From Neodothiora populina (lineage: Eukaryota), in contig NW_027191419.1 of assembly GCF_041146345.1 (NCBI RefSeq), positions 620,001-684,000 on the forward strand: a stretch of 64,000 nt of DNA, written 5' to 3'. The notes under the pieces are model-generated. The model was not told the origin of the DNA. It did not search any database and was given only the letters and a program-made list of their open reading frames with translations. Numbering within the stretch: the first letter of the stretch is position 1; each line of letters opens with the position of its first letter. Below are positions 37,523 to 50,661 of this stretch, in pieces. A program made the position numbers and the translations under genes.

Positions 37523-38465
37523 ATGGCGACCACCACAGACCAGGAGGCTCCCAAGGTGACTTTGTACTGGTACGGCGATATCCCCAGCATCCGCAGTGCC
37601 CCGTGGGATCACATTAGCGTCCTAGGCATGAGCACAAGAGAGCCAATCTAACCACATCACGTTTCCTATAGGCTAGAGAAATCCCGCTCGCAAAGAATCG
37701 TCTGGCTGCTCGAGGAATGCAAGATCCCATACGAGATCAAGATCTTCAAACGCTACGAGAAACGCGCAGACCCTGAGCTCAAGAAGATCCACCCGCTGGG
37801 CAAGTCGCCCGTCGTAGGCATCCAGCCTCCAGGCGCAGCTCAACCCATCATCCTCGCAGAGTCGGGACTGATCACAGAGTACTTCACCGAGCACTTTGCG
37901 CCGCACTTGGCTCCCAAGCGATATGCGGAGGGCGGCAAGGAGGGACCAGGGCTGGAGACGGAGAGCTGGTTCAGATATCGCTATTATATGCATTACGCAG
38001 AGGGTAGTCTGATGCCACCAATGGTCACCAACCTCATCTTCAACAGTAAGTGGAAACCCCTTCTCGAATCGCACACTTCATATTTACTCAACTCCCTGCG
38101 TGACCGCCACAGTGCTCAAAGGGCCCTCAATCCCCTACCTACTACGCCCCATCACGCGCGGCATCTGCGACAAAGTCGACACACTGTATTTCAAGCCCGA
38201 GTACGCAACGAACTTTTCCTTCCTCGAGTCTCAGATCGCCACGTCTCCAGACAACGGCTCTTTCCTGTGCGGCAAAGACCTCACGGCCGCGGATATCCTC
38301 ATGACGTTCCCGCTGTCTGCGGCGAAGGAGAGAGGGTTTATGACGAAAGACAGGTATCCGAAGTTGTGGGGGTATATTGAGATGATGGAGGGGTTGGAGG
38401 GCGCGAAGGCGGCTGTCAAGAAGATTGAGGAGATGACAGGGGAGAGCTACAAGCTTGTTGATTGA
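37523..38465 (+). CDS. Glutathione S-transferase, Gtt1-like
   Basis: Exons 37523-37569, 37672-38045, 38113-38465. VTLYWLEKSRSQRIVWLLEE, LKKIHPLGKSPV, LAESGLITEY, HYAEGSLMP, LTAADILMTFPL. Confidence 0.93.
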
Positions 38466-38694
38466 GATCAGAGATCTTTTCATTCTATGTTATGCTGCCA
38501 GGTGGTTTGGGATGGCAAGAGCGGATGCAATTATGCTCTCGTGAAGACGGGCGGGCTCATTTGCTCAATTAGGTAACGCTATAGAAAGAACAAATCACGA
38601 AGGTTCAACGTAGTCCTTATATTTGACGGCGATGATGTTGAATAAACATCGTCAACAGCCCCTTCTCTCCTCTACAGGTGTCCACATTGCAATC

Positions 38695-41498
38695 TCAATC
38701 AATAACCATGCAACTTTCCTCATCACTAGACTCCCCCTCAAACCTCTCTGCTGCACCTCCAACGCCTCCCCGACTGCGACTCGCACTTTCCAGATCAAAC
38801 ACTTTCCACGCCTTGTAATCGTCCCCAACAACAACAGCGACAGCAGCCCCAGCTTTACCGCTAACGATCATCTCTCTGGGCACAAACGCTTCGGTCGTGG
38901 GGAACGTGTGGATTATGAATCTTCGCAGGTCGTTATTATCGTTCCCCGCTTCTAAATTATCGTTATCGTCGGCGCCACTGGTGGTCAAGATATTGGGTAT
39001 GCCTGAAAAGGGATGGTCTAGTGTTGCATCGTAGGTGAGGCGCATGAGATGGTGTTGTGGTCTTCTTTGATGTTTCGTGTTCTCTTCGTCGTCGGAGAGA
39101 GATATGAGGACGATGATGGAGGTATCGTCGAGGAATTTTATGGAGTGGACTGTGGTGTTCGGGGGTAGGGTCAATGTCTGAGTCGTCTCGGCGGCTGAGG
39201 GAGATTCCGAGGATGCTTTGGTTTTGGTTGTGATGGCGTGAATGGACACTGTCTCGGCTGCTTAGTGATGTGTTGATGTAGGAAAGCTGGGAAGGATGGC
39301 TTACTTGTGTTTCGTTCATCGTGTGGAACGGTCAGGACTATTGTTCGTGATGAGGACGGTTTCTGTATTACACACAATGTCAGCTTTCTTGTTGACCAGA
39401 TCTTCTGCATCGAAAGAGGAACTACTAACCACAAGAGCCATCCTCATATCGAACACTTCAGACACTGCGGCAACGTCAAGCCTGACTTCCTCGATACTCG
39501 GAGTAGCCGAGTTCTGCCACCGCAAGATCTGATGATGAGCTGTCTTGCATACGGTTTTCAGATGTGTCGAAAGAGTGTGTAAAGACAGCAAATCCTTCCG
39601 CGCCGCGTCGCCAGTCCTGGCTTGATGGATTGCCCTTATCAATTCATCCTGACTGATATCGCTGCTTATGCTCTCGCCTGCCTGTGCTCGCACAATAGGT
39701 TCCAGCCGACTGTTACTAAGTGCGCCCTCCAAGTAAGTCAGAATACGAGGGTAGTCCAGATTAGATGCTTCTCTCTCAGCCATATCCTTTGCGCTCACAC
39801 TCTCTGGGTCGGCAGCAGCGATATCTATCACATGTCTCAACCATCTCGAGAAAGCTCGGAACTGTCGCGACTCCTCGCCGAGAATCTGCACCGCTTCATG
39901 GACGAGGAGCTGCTGCATGCGAAGGGCATCTATAATCGACGTGAAGACCTCGGGAGACACATCGAACTTTTTGCTGCCTTCATAGTAACGCGCCAGACCA
40001 CGAAGATTTGTCGTTACAACGATGCATCTCTCGAGGACGGGGAACAGGTTGGTCTGGAAGATCTTGCCCAACTCTGTGTGTAGAGTTGTCATTGCGTGGT
40101 CCCATCTTTTGTGGCCCTAGGCATTGTTAGTCGTAACCTTGATGTCGTTTCGTAGAATCATTTACCCTTTCGGCAAGTTCGTCCTTGAGCCACTCGAGGA
40201 TAGTGGGAGTAAAGTTGCCCGTCATGGCGAGATGGAAGAGATTTTGATCTAGAGTGCCCTCACCCTTTTCCTCGAGCGTCTCATTCACATTTTCCATGAA
40301 CCGGGATGGCAGGTTCGTGTGGGTGATCCAGTCCGCCTTCGCGCATAGTATGCTGTAGGAGATATAATTGCAGAGGTCTCTTACTTGTGCCGTTCTCGAC
40401 ACGATCAAATGTAAGTGTGAACCACCTGTACTCAAGAGGGGAATGTCAAACAGACTGAGAGAAAGGTTCATGTAGGGACGGTTGCCCTCTTCAGGCTCCA
40501 CTCCATGGGATGCAGCATGAAGCAAAATATGATACGGCGATCGTGGATGCGATGCATATTGTAAGTATGTTTTGAGGGTTTCAGACGCAGGCAGTGGCTC
40601 CTTGTGTGGTAGTCCGACCTCGAGGATGTCGTCCACGACAAGCCGCACCTGCCCTCCTTCATATCCTATAAGCATGACATCGGCAGCCAATCCATCTTTG
40701 TGCTGTAATGAATCAAAGTAATCATCTAGAGCACTTTGTGAAGCAAACATATCATACTTCCCACCTGCGTTGGCACGTGCTAGTATCGGACTGAGCCTGG
40801 GTAATACGGACTCGACGTTAATTAGAGCCAGCTGTCGAGGTAAATCATGGAGCATCGAAGCTCTGCTCTGGGCGTCACTGTCGGCGCCATCGTCTTTCAG
40901 CAGACTTGAGGTAGGATCGCCCTGGAGTTTGTCAAACCACTCTTCGGTGGATGGTTCCACTTTCTGTGTCGAGCCCTGAGACTTGGATTGCATCGTTACA
41001 TTCTGCCCAGAACGAACGTTATCGGTCAAAGTAGTGCCCCATCCCAAGCAAGTGATTTGTCCCGGGCGTGTTGTTGAGCCAGATGCATCACTCGCGAAAG
41101 GATCATTGCCACCTTGGCGAACGAGTTTGCCGGTCTCTCCTGATACAATATCGACATTGCCGGTACTGAGAGCTATAGCCAGACATTTACCTGATTCTAT
41201 CAGCTATCTGGCGGAGTACAAATATGCCATACTGCGCATATCTTAGTTCTTGGAGAAGACACATACCATCGCGGATCCACTCTAGTCCGACGACTTTGCT
41301 CGAGGGGCTTCTACGTTTCACGTTGAACGCGCGTTGGCCACCGAGTCGGTACACATCAACAGACTCTTCGCTGTTGACCACGGCGAACAAATCAATCCGT
41401 GGGCAATAAGAGAGCAGGTGAGGCCGGATGGGTTGCGATAGAGTCTTTTCAGCATGTATGGACAGTCTTGGCTCCGCCGAACGCGTTGATATATCCAT
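38695..41498 (-). CDS. apc4: Anaphase-promoting complex subunit 4
   Basis: Exons 41498-41267, 41190-40166, 40116-39430, 39362-39305, 39248-38695. N-terminal WD40 part (YCPRIDLFA...VYRLGGQR...WIRDGKCLA) and Apc4 helical domain (LFHLAMTG...EWLKDELAERGHKRWDHAM; EESRQFRAFSRWLRHVID). Confidence 0.9.
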
Positions 41499-41910
41499 TG
41501 CGGCTATACGTCGTTTCGAGGATCACTTTTCTTCTGTCACTGTTCGATTGACTTGATCAGGGAGCAATAATGTCCTTGCATCCGAATATGTTCGGAGGCG
41601 GGATGAAGACCACCCCGAGTACAGCACTAAAATCTGGTTTACCCAAGTATTGTGAGTTCTGTCGACACAGGCAAAAGTCGCTTTGTTGGCACGTACATGA
41701 CACAGCGGACTGTAATTCATGCACTGAGATAGCGCAGCCAAGCATTGGTCTGGTTGTGATGTGAATACATCAGATGTGGATTTATGGATGTAATAGATAA
41801 ATTCATGACCATTCCACACGCGTTCTCACGTGATCAATTTATTCGGTTTCATCTACGGAAGCGCTACATGCTGTTCTTTTCCACACTACAAACGCCGACT
41901 CTACTGATAT

Positions 41911-43641
41911 CTATACCACCTGGTACGAGTCCGAGACCGATTTCACGTCAGTCGCGAAATCAACATCCTGTCCCATGCTCAATAATGTCACCGAGGAGAC
42001 CTAAGAAGTTGTGTCAGCTATGATCAGTTGAGAATAAGTGGACACAGGTACAAAACATACATCGATATCCACAAATGGCCGGGTCTTTGAGAAGCGAACA
42101 TTCATCGGGAAGAACTCGGAGTCGCTGGATGCTTGAGCTTCAAACTCAAAGCTACCTGTAGCGTTGTCCTCATCGATGTCGCCAATAGTCCAATCTATGG
42201 AGTCTCCAGAAACCTCATAAGCAGCGTCGAAGCTGGACACCGATGGCTCGCTGGTCTCGTAAGGTATTGAGACAACTACATCCTTCAATGGGTCGCTACT
42301 AGTAAGTTCGTATTCCAGGGTGATGTTGTAAGTATTTGTGGATGTCTCGTTGACCCAAGTGGTGAAAGTGATGGGCGGATCGCTGATTTCGCCAGGCTTC
42401 GCTGCGAGTCTCCAGCGCATGACTGCGATGGAGTTATTGGCGGGGAAACCCTTGCTTGTATCTGCGAGCTGGACGATGCGGTTGTTCTTGAACATGGCCT
42501 TGTCGACTTTGGGATGGGTGTTGAGCTGTGCGCCCCGGATGTCTCCAAAGGCGAGATTGAGTTTGACTTGAGTGAGGCTTGGATCAGCGATGCGCAACTG
42601 AAGATCACCCTTGACCTCAAAAGACTCGAGTGAGCCTTCTCTGCTGACTTTTGCGGCAATGGTTTCGGCGATGGTGATATGAAGAGCGTCGCCCGAGGCA
42701 GCGGCGGCGGCGGACGGGACTGGAGGGCTGACGGCGGGAGTGGAGGGGATGAGAGGTGACTGGACTTCGGCCTCTGGACCGAGATCGCCTCGAACCTGTT
42801 CGAACATGCTCGTGGTCTTTGTTTTCTTGCCCAACTGCATACCCTTGCCGCGAGATGGCAGGGTCCTGTGCTCAAGGTTAGTACTGAGGGAATCAAAATG
42901 CGATCAGTCCAGGGGGGGACTTACTTCTGGAAGGTCTTGTTCTTCTCAGCATTGTAGGAGTCGTAGCTGTCTGTCATAGCAGGCTGAGTGGGCGGTGGAG
43001 TATAGGTGGGATAGGTGGGAGTGCGCGGCATGCCGCCAGGGCCTCCTCGTCCCGATCGTGACAATTCCTTGCGCTGCATCTCCAGTTGCTTTGCCTTGCG
43101 CTTGCGCTCCTCTGTAGCCTCCAACTCCTTGTTCCTTGCAATGATATCCTGGATGCGCTCCTCGTGGGACTCCATGTCAAGGAAGGTCTTGATCTGGCTG
43201 AGGGTGAGGTTCTCGCGGTAACCCATGGTGACAAGCTCGTCGAATGCGCTCAGCAGCTCGAATGCATTGCGCAAGATCTCCCTCTCGTCCAGACTCCTGC
43301 AGATGCTGGTGACGACCTGAGCAAAGAGATGTAGCGAATCAATGTCCTGCAGGATGTTGGACTGGCGGTTGGTGATGAGGACCATGTATAGCTCGTCAAG
43401 GGGTTGGTAGACGAATCGAACGTTGTCTTGCTCGACCGTCGTGTGTTGGGTGCCGCTGTCTTGTAGCTTCGGCAGAGAGGCAAGGAGAGCCTCGACTCTG
43501 GATCTCTGCATCTCTCTGAATTGACGCGAGAGGACGGCCTTGCCACTGCGGGTGCAGATGGATGCTGCTAGGACAACCTGGTGGCTGCCATTAGCTGTGT
43601 GCGCGCTCCTGCCGTCTGTTGTGCTGATCCAGCCTCACCAT
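41911..43641 (-). CDS. ret2: Coatomer subunit delta (delta-COP)
   Basis: Exons 43641-43639 (ATG only), 43577-42925, 42865-42061, 42000-41911. MVVLAASICTRSGKAVLSRQFREM..., DMESHEERIQDII, C-terminal mu-homology domain. Confidence 0.96.
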
Positions 43642-44066
43642 GATTGTATGCGTTCAACGGGACACTGCGCAGTTGCCCTCAGTTGTCAATCCAGATGTCG
43701 TGATTCAAAAGACGCGAGAGAGACGCAACAACAGCCGTGACTAGGTATCAACAATTATTACACCAGCTGTCTCCTTGAAGCCATCTGTACTCGACAAGAT
43801 GCAGCCACTTGGAACACAACACGGAAGGGGGTCCAACGTCGCGCCAAGACTCTACCTTGCTTGCACCTCTGTCGCGGGCATTCTTCGGTTGCTACTCCTA
43901 CTCTGCTTGCACTTGCTATTCCAAGACATGCCTGCCTGCTCCGTCGCTAAGTTGACCCCATATACCAAAGCTAAGGCACCTGTAATCATCGCACAGCAAA
44001 GGATCAAAGTGGGCCCGATTCTTACGTCGTCTGCCAAGCACATGAGCATCCACTGTTCACAGACAC

Positions 44067-44072
44067 TATAAA
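44067..44072 (+). promoter_or_regulatory. Candidate TATA box of the LURP-one-like gene
   Basis: TATAAA followed about 50 nt later by a plausible 5'-UTR intron 44120-44170 (GTATGG..GCTCAC..TAG). Confidence 0.45.
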
Positions 44073-44402
44073 GAGGCAGGGCGGCGGTGCAAGTGATCGT
44101 ATCCTGAAGTGGCAGCAAGGTATGGATGTACTGTAGCTCACCCGTCGATATGCCCTTTTGCCATTCGTAGGTAGCCTCTTCGTTGACTTTAGATCGAAAT
44201 CCTTCTCGTCGTTGCCGTATCGACTAAGTGGAGCTTGTCCTTCGCGGTATGCCACCTACTACATTGTTGGTAGTGCATCACAACGTTCTTTAACCACGAG
44301 GCAACCTCTTCTCCGTTTCAATCCCTTTTTCAACAGACCAGCTCATGTCGCTTCTCAATCTACGCAAGCGCCACCAAGAAGTACCCTGTTATCTCAGCTT
44401 CG

Positions 44403-45052
44403 ATGGATCTCACACTGGTCCACGGCCACAGCCGAAATGTGGCAACTAGTATGAAAGTCATGTGCCATGATCGGACATTTAGAAATGTTACCGTTATCGA
44501 CGAAGATACTGGCCATGTACTGTTCACAGTAGAGAGCAAGGGCGCGAAATCGCTTACTTGGCGGCGCGTGGTCATGGACGCATCTGGTCAGAAGATATTC
44601 GAGCTGCGTCATATGGGTTATGCCTTGAAGAATGACTGGGCTGTCGAAGACCCGAATGGAGTCAGACTCTGTTCACTGAAGCATCCTAGTATCCTTGCGC
44701 GGAACCGTGGTGACCTCGATGCGACTGTCCATCAGAACGTGGGCGACGCAGGCAGCAAGGACGTGTCTGTTCAGATAAGACCCAGAGACCAAGCAGCGCT
44801 CACAACGATTATCACTTGCGGAGACTCGAAGTTTGCTACGGTACACCAGCTAGAAAACAATGACATTGCCAGTATTGACACCAAACCTGTTGATCGTACG
44901 GTGTGGAGAGCTCAAATCACCGCAGGGACTGACCTTTCTTTTGTGAGTCAGACAAACAAGCTCAGATGGTTACTTGAGTTGGCTGACCGATCACACAGGT
45001 GCTGATCGCTGTTCTCTGTTTGGCCGAGATGGCGCACGTATGGAAAAGGTGA
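44403..45052 (+). CDS. LURP-one-related / tubby C-terminal-like protein
   Basis: Exons 44403-44942 and 44999-45052. Pattern LFTVESKG...RRVVMDASGQKIFELRH and terminal WRAQITAGTDLSF/VLIAVLCLAE fits the LOR/scramblase-like fold. Start codon uncertain. Confidence 0.75.
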
Positions 45053-45772
45053 CGGCATTCTTTGAGCGAGTCTCAACTCATGTCATCAACGTGTTCCGAG
45101 TCGGAAAGACATGGTACTATCAAGCAGACGGAAGCTAGATTTGAAAGTGCGACTTGTCTGTGTCATGCCTCCCAATTTGAATCATGTCATGATCTATGGC
45201 ATCAAGGGCTCAGGGCTGCTTGTATTCATGTAACCATACCTAATTACCTACATTACATTAGATAAATCATGGAAGAAGTATGGTCACTGCGCCAAGCCCT
45301 TTCATGTGACGCGCGGGGATGTTCTTCGGCTGAAAGTGTCGTCAAAGCGAAACGAGATGAAAACGGGCAAAGTGGAAGGCGCCTGCCTGCCTTTGATTAA
45401 TCAAACCCACGTCCAATTCACCCCGTCGCTTCTCCATCTGCAACACCACCTTCGCATCCCGTCTAGCACTCTCGCCCTTCTTCAAAAGCTTTCCATCAGA
45501 CGACCTTTCACACGCCCTCCATACTAGACACGCGTAATCAACTCCTTTTGCAACCTCTGCATTTGTAGAAATAAATACCACTTTCGCGCCACCGCGGCAG
45601 TCACCTCCGGAATCTACAAATTGCCACACTCTCCGCTTGTCCAACTCACCTGACACCGCGACTGCTTCTCTACCTTTCACGCCCTGCGCTTGACAGACTC
45701 GCGTACAAAGTATTCATTCATCAGAATTGCCCTTGGTTCCTTCTTGGTTCCACTCCACCTGCCCCAGCCGTA

Positions 45773-48530
45773 ATGGCTGCAACCATGGCTCAATCTACAT
45801 TTGGGCTTCAACCCTCCACCAATGATGACACCATGGAGATCTCTTCCGATCTTGGAAACGTCGACGGTGACATCGACATCGATTTGGACAGTGCTGGCGA
45901 GCAGATGCAATTCGAAGACGATGATCAAATGGTAGACGATGTAAAGACGGATCCCATCACCCATCACGATGACGATGTCATGATCGACGATGAAGTGACT
46001 AGCAATCCTGGGGACCGCGAGATGCAGGACGACTCTGTTCTACCACCGCAACAAGAGCACGATGAGGAACTCCTTGACTTTAGTGACGATGATGATGACA
46101 CATACGCCAATCGTGCACCTCCCATTTCTGCGCCTGCAGTGCCCTCCCTCTTGTCTGCTGCTCAGTCTCATGTCGAACCTTCGGCACCCATCATACAAGA
46201 GCCTGTGCAAGATCATGATACAAAATCTATCCAAGAACATGTAACAGAAGCCTCACTAGCCACCGTGCAGGAACCTGAGGATCAGGTGAGCTCGGAGGCT
46301 GCAGCTGAGCTAGTGACGGAAGGTGCTCCTGTCGTGGACCACATCTCACAACATGATGAGGAGCACCAACAGCCCCAGATTGTTGTAGCTCCCGAAGACC
46401 AAGCACAGCCTACCTCTCAAGATGCAGAGTCTGTTCATGAGGCTGCCCATATTGGCCACGACGGCCATGCCGAAGCTCATGCTGTCGGCAGTCCTGAGCC
46501 TAGCGTACATCAAGGTGAAGAACGTTATGAGTCAGTGACAGAAGATGTGAATGAGCAGCCAGGCGATGTAGACTCGTTCGCCGAAATTGTCACACAGCCG
46601 CTCGAGCAACCTGCAGAACCCCATGCTGGGGGTACCGCTGAGCCTGCCACAAACGATGATACTTCTGACAGACCCGAAGCTGGCCAGACTGATGGCTCGG
46701 GACCAGACTCACACGAAGTGACGAGGACGCTCAATGTAGACACTGCACCTACCAACCATGGTGACGCGGATGATGCACCTGCGTATGAGCGCCAGCCAAA
46801 CTCTCCCACTGCTACTGGCCTGCACCCGACCGTGGTGGAGTATAATGAGAACGAGATATATCTGTTTCCATCAAGTGACCCGGAAGCAACTGAACAGTAC
46901 CTGCTTGGTAATGAAAACCTTGTAACATCTAGCCTGGGAGATCTGCTGCAGGCATGTCGGTCTGTACTTGCCGAAAGCATTTCCGACGATGAAGAGCTAG
47001 TACTTGGTGTGCAAGAGTTGGACTTGTACGTTAGCGAGGTGAGTTGCAAATCATCCCAGTATGTCCGATCAATGTATGCTAACAGCCTTTGTAGGATTCT
47101 ACTCCAGCATTTTCGATCAGCTTTCAAGAATTGCTCGATGTTTACTTGCAGCTGCACAAGCACGATGGCATGGTCCATCCTCCCCCTTCCGCGTGACCTT
47201 GACCACTAAGACAAGATTCACTAATCGCTTGAATATGATCACACAAGCAATAGCCGAGGGCAAAGGCTTCTCGCAACTTGACTTTCTGCAGCAGTACGAA
47301 ATCGATGAAGCTGCCGGTTTCCCAGAGGAAGAAGACTTTGATGATGACAGCTATCACGAAATAGGTGCCGGTGATTTCCAAGATGGATCCGAGGCCGATG
47401 GAGAGCAAGCCAAAGCTCAAGAAACCAACGCGTATCCTGAGGAGTCCAACAATGACCAGGATCAGAACGACTCTGTTGAACAGCACGTCGAGGAACACGA
47501 CGACCCGCAAGAGGCGGGAAATGAAGTAAGTGAGTATACCGCTGAAGGAGACCAAGAATACATCGAAAACGTGGAACAACCTGGAGAGCCGGCACAAGCC
47601 ACAGACGCTCAGGATGACGCTCAGCACGACAATGTAGAACCCGAAGATGTTCAAGAGGAAGCTGAGGCGCCGGTACAACACAACGATGCCGAATCTGTGG
47701 AGCCTTATCAAGAGGATCACCATTCGGGCCAGGAAGAACCTACTTTCGAAGCCGCCGATGAGGAGCCACACTCCGATGTATATGGTGAGGATGATCTCAC
47801 AAGCTTCTATCGCGACGAAGACCAAGACAGTCTAACGCCACGTACAGCAGCTGCTGAAGGTGAAATGGGGCTTGCGGAAGCCGACCTGGAAGGTGAATAT
47901 GCGCACCATGATGCTGAAGACATCCCGACTCCACCCCAGGATGACGACTTCAACGAGGAAGACTTTGCGGAAGAGGAGACTTCCTATGAGGAGCACAAGG
48001 TGGAGCAAAATGAGACCGAACACGGTTCATACGTCGGCATCGGACGCGATGAAGACCGCAGAGACGATGGTCATAATGGGGCCAACCCCAGCGATGCTAA
48101 TGTTGCCACGAGCGATGATGCAAACAGAAGTCAATCGTCCAACGAGCAAGGTGATGCACGGACCGATGTCGAAGGTGACACCACTGCACAAGATGCCGAA
48201 GACGAACGTCAAGCCCAGTACGAGCACGATCTCGACGAAGCATTTGACGATGACCACGTGGGCGAGACCGAAGGGACCGCACGCGAGCCAACAGGCGAAC
48301 AGAATGACCCGCACAAGAATGGCGACGTAGCATCGATGCATGATCCAGACGAGATTGATTTTGACGATGACGAGGAATTCAACGACGACCAGAATCCGGC
48401 TCAAGGGAGCGACAAAGAGACTGCGAGTGAGAAGATGTCACCATCGATCAAGCGATCGTTCTCTGAACGCCATGAAGCGGCAGACAGCACAGAGGACGAA
48501 CAGGCGCTGAAGAAGGTCAAGTCTTCGTGA
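45773..48530 (+). CDS. Highly acidic protein with central DUF2420 (Rmr1-like) domain; apparent 1-nt frameshift at 47182-47186
   Basis: DTMEISSD..DIDIDLD N-terminus; domain LHPTVVEYNENEIYLFP...SLGDLLQACRSVL...LDLYVSE/DSTPAFSISFQELLDVYLQLHKHDG. Intron 47039-47094. C-terminal bipartite-NLS-like KR...KKVKSS*. The frame breaks in a C5 run (see findings). Confidence 0.8.
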
Positions 48531-49302
48531 GAAAGGCACCGTACCTCGACTGCAGGTCTAGATGACGACGGCGACGAAGAGGCATCTGACAAATCAGATG
48601 GCCAGTCTTCGCGGCTATGAGTAATTGCCGAAGTTGCAGGCCTCGTGAACAAGACCCTGGAGACTCACAGCCACAGCCAAAAAAAAACCCCATCATCCCA
48701 CACATACCTGACATGTTTTATTACCATACTGACTTACAGGCTTCCACTCGCCGGTATTGGTCTGTCGAGCACTTGAACTGCTGAGGGGCTTGAAGACCCT
48801 TGACACCGGCGTGCTACAGGTAAGGACTCATTCTCCGCTTCTACCCCCAACTCCACCCCCGCCAACCACGTTTGCGACATGCCCATATATCCTTTCCCCG
48901 AGGAGTGGTAGAGTATGGTGGACGAGGATACACAAAAAGCCAGCACATTTCTTTACTGCGATTGCACGATTCTCACATGGTCAACGGCGTCTTTGCTTGT
49001 GCATGGCGGAGGGATGGGAGAAAAGGGACAGACAGGATACCCCCGGGGCATTTGAGCATAATCATGATTCGATCTAGCATTTCTATTCAACAAGATGGGC
49101 ATCAAGTTTGGTTCTAGCAGCGACGCCATGAGGATCTTGGGGCGTGTTGCCCAGATGTAGTTTTTTGGGGAGCATACCTTAGTCAGAGGAGTGACATGGA
49201 GTCTCATTGATAATTGCCAATTTCAACTTTCTTGATTCGCAGATTGCAGCAAGTCCGCGTAGCGTGTCTTCATTGCATGATTGTGTTTCGAGGGGAAGCT
49301 GT

Positions 49303-49893
49303 TCAATCTTCCTTTCTCTTCTCGCCCTCTTCAAGAGTCAACTCGCCCAGTCCAGCAAGATACTCTCTGACAGTAGCGACGACAACCATGTGGTCCTGAT
49401 CCTGCTTGAGCCCGCTAACGACGACAACGGCAACAACGCCCTCGACGCCCTTGACCCTGACGGGCCAGCCTCCACCATGAATGGCGTAACCCCCGGCCTT
49501 CTCACCCGCAAGTCCATACTTGGCCGCGAACGCGCCCTCGTCCCCCTCAAACTTCCTAGACATGAACCAAGTACTGCAGCCGAACCGCAGCACCGTCGCC
49601 TGCTTGCGCGCCACCCACGAGGCGTTATCAGGCGTCGTGCCGGGCTTCGTGGCGTTGAAGAACAGAGGGGTGCCGTTCGCCAGCGTGATGGATATGCATG
49701 TCGCCGAGGGGAAAGAAAGCAGTTTGTGGCGGAGCAGGCTGCCCAGCGTCCAGGCTGTTGAGGCGTCGAAGGAGGGGAATACGAGCGAGGTGTCTTGCGC
49801 GGTGATTGTTGCTGGGTCTGTTGGTGCTGGGGGCAGTTCGGTCGGGGTGACGCTTGGAGGGGCGGTAGTCGTGGTTGGGGCTGGGGCGGCCAT
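49303..49893 (-). CDS. DUF336 / heme-degrading-like (YBR137W/UPF0303-type) protein
   Basis: Intronless 196 aa. FPSFDASTAWTLG, GTTPDNASWVARKQATVLRFGCSTW, YAIHGGGWPVRVKGV, VVSGLKQDQDH. Confidence 0.88.
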   Translation of the reverse strand: MAAPAPTTTTAPPSVTPTELPPAPTDPATITAQDTSLVFPSFDASTAWTLGSLLRHKLLSFPSATCISITLANGTPLFFNATKPGTTPDNASWVARKQATVLRFGCSTWFMSRKFEGDEGAFAAKYGLAGEKAGGYAIHGGGWPVRVKGVEGVVAVVVVSGLKQDQDHMVVVATVREYLAGLGELTLEEGEKRKED

Positions 49894-50661
49894 TTTCTTG
49901 GGGGTTTAGGTGGGTGGGTGACGTATGGGAGATAAATGTAGATTGGTTTGTAAGGTTGGTTTTGCAAGTAAGGTAGGATTGATTGATGAGGTGAGTCTCC
50001 GCGGGGGGGCACAGGAGGGATCAGAGGGGGGAAAAGATGGAGAAAACGTGGGATGGGAATGGACTTGTTATATATCTGGTAGTCTCATCCGACTGTCTTT
50101 CCAATGGAACCGCGTAGACTACTGTATTCTTGTTTCTCACCACCGGCAGAGGTCTCTCTGTAATTCGGAAGCACCCTTTTCTCTCATGAGAAAAGCAGAG
50201 ACCTGGGTGCGAGATCGCCACCGCACCTAGGCATGACCTGATCCAAGGGTCGAGCAGAGCACCCTGTCACCCTGTTGCGCACAGCAGGTGGGGCGGGGTA
50301 CAGGTATGGAGTGGAGCGGAGCACTGATGAATCACTGAATGGGCGAAAAGACTGCGCTTGTACCTTCCCTTGCTTATTTTCCTCTTTTCCTCTTATGTTC
50401 TTATCTCTCAAAGGCGGTGAGAAAGATGCAGGATGCAGAATGCAGAGGTGCGTGCCAGACACAGACAGACAGACGCGGGGCAGAAAAGAAACCTCCGGCT
50501 TGGCGTCGACGTTCTTTCCTGATTTGTCTGCGCAGAGGGAAACGCTGTTTCTGGAGAAATTTGTCGGCGGAGAATAATTTATTTGTCGGATTATCTACTC
50601 TGCCTTACTATAGCCCCATTCCAGCATAGTCTTCTTCTCGCATCGACGACAAGCACACGCA

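Noticed and set aside
45050..45265. TGA-CGG stop of the LURP-like gene followed by 70 open codons
   Set aside because: No recognisable motif or PTS1 in the extension; compatible with chance.
46525..48404. Antisense hydrophobic ORFs over the DUF2420 gene
   Set aside because: Mirror of Asp/Glu codons; no independent evidence.
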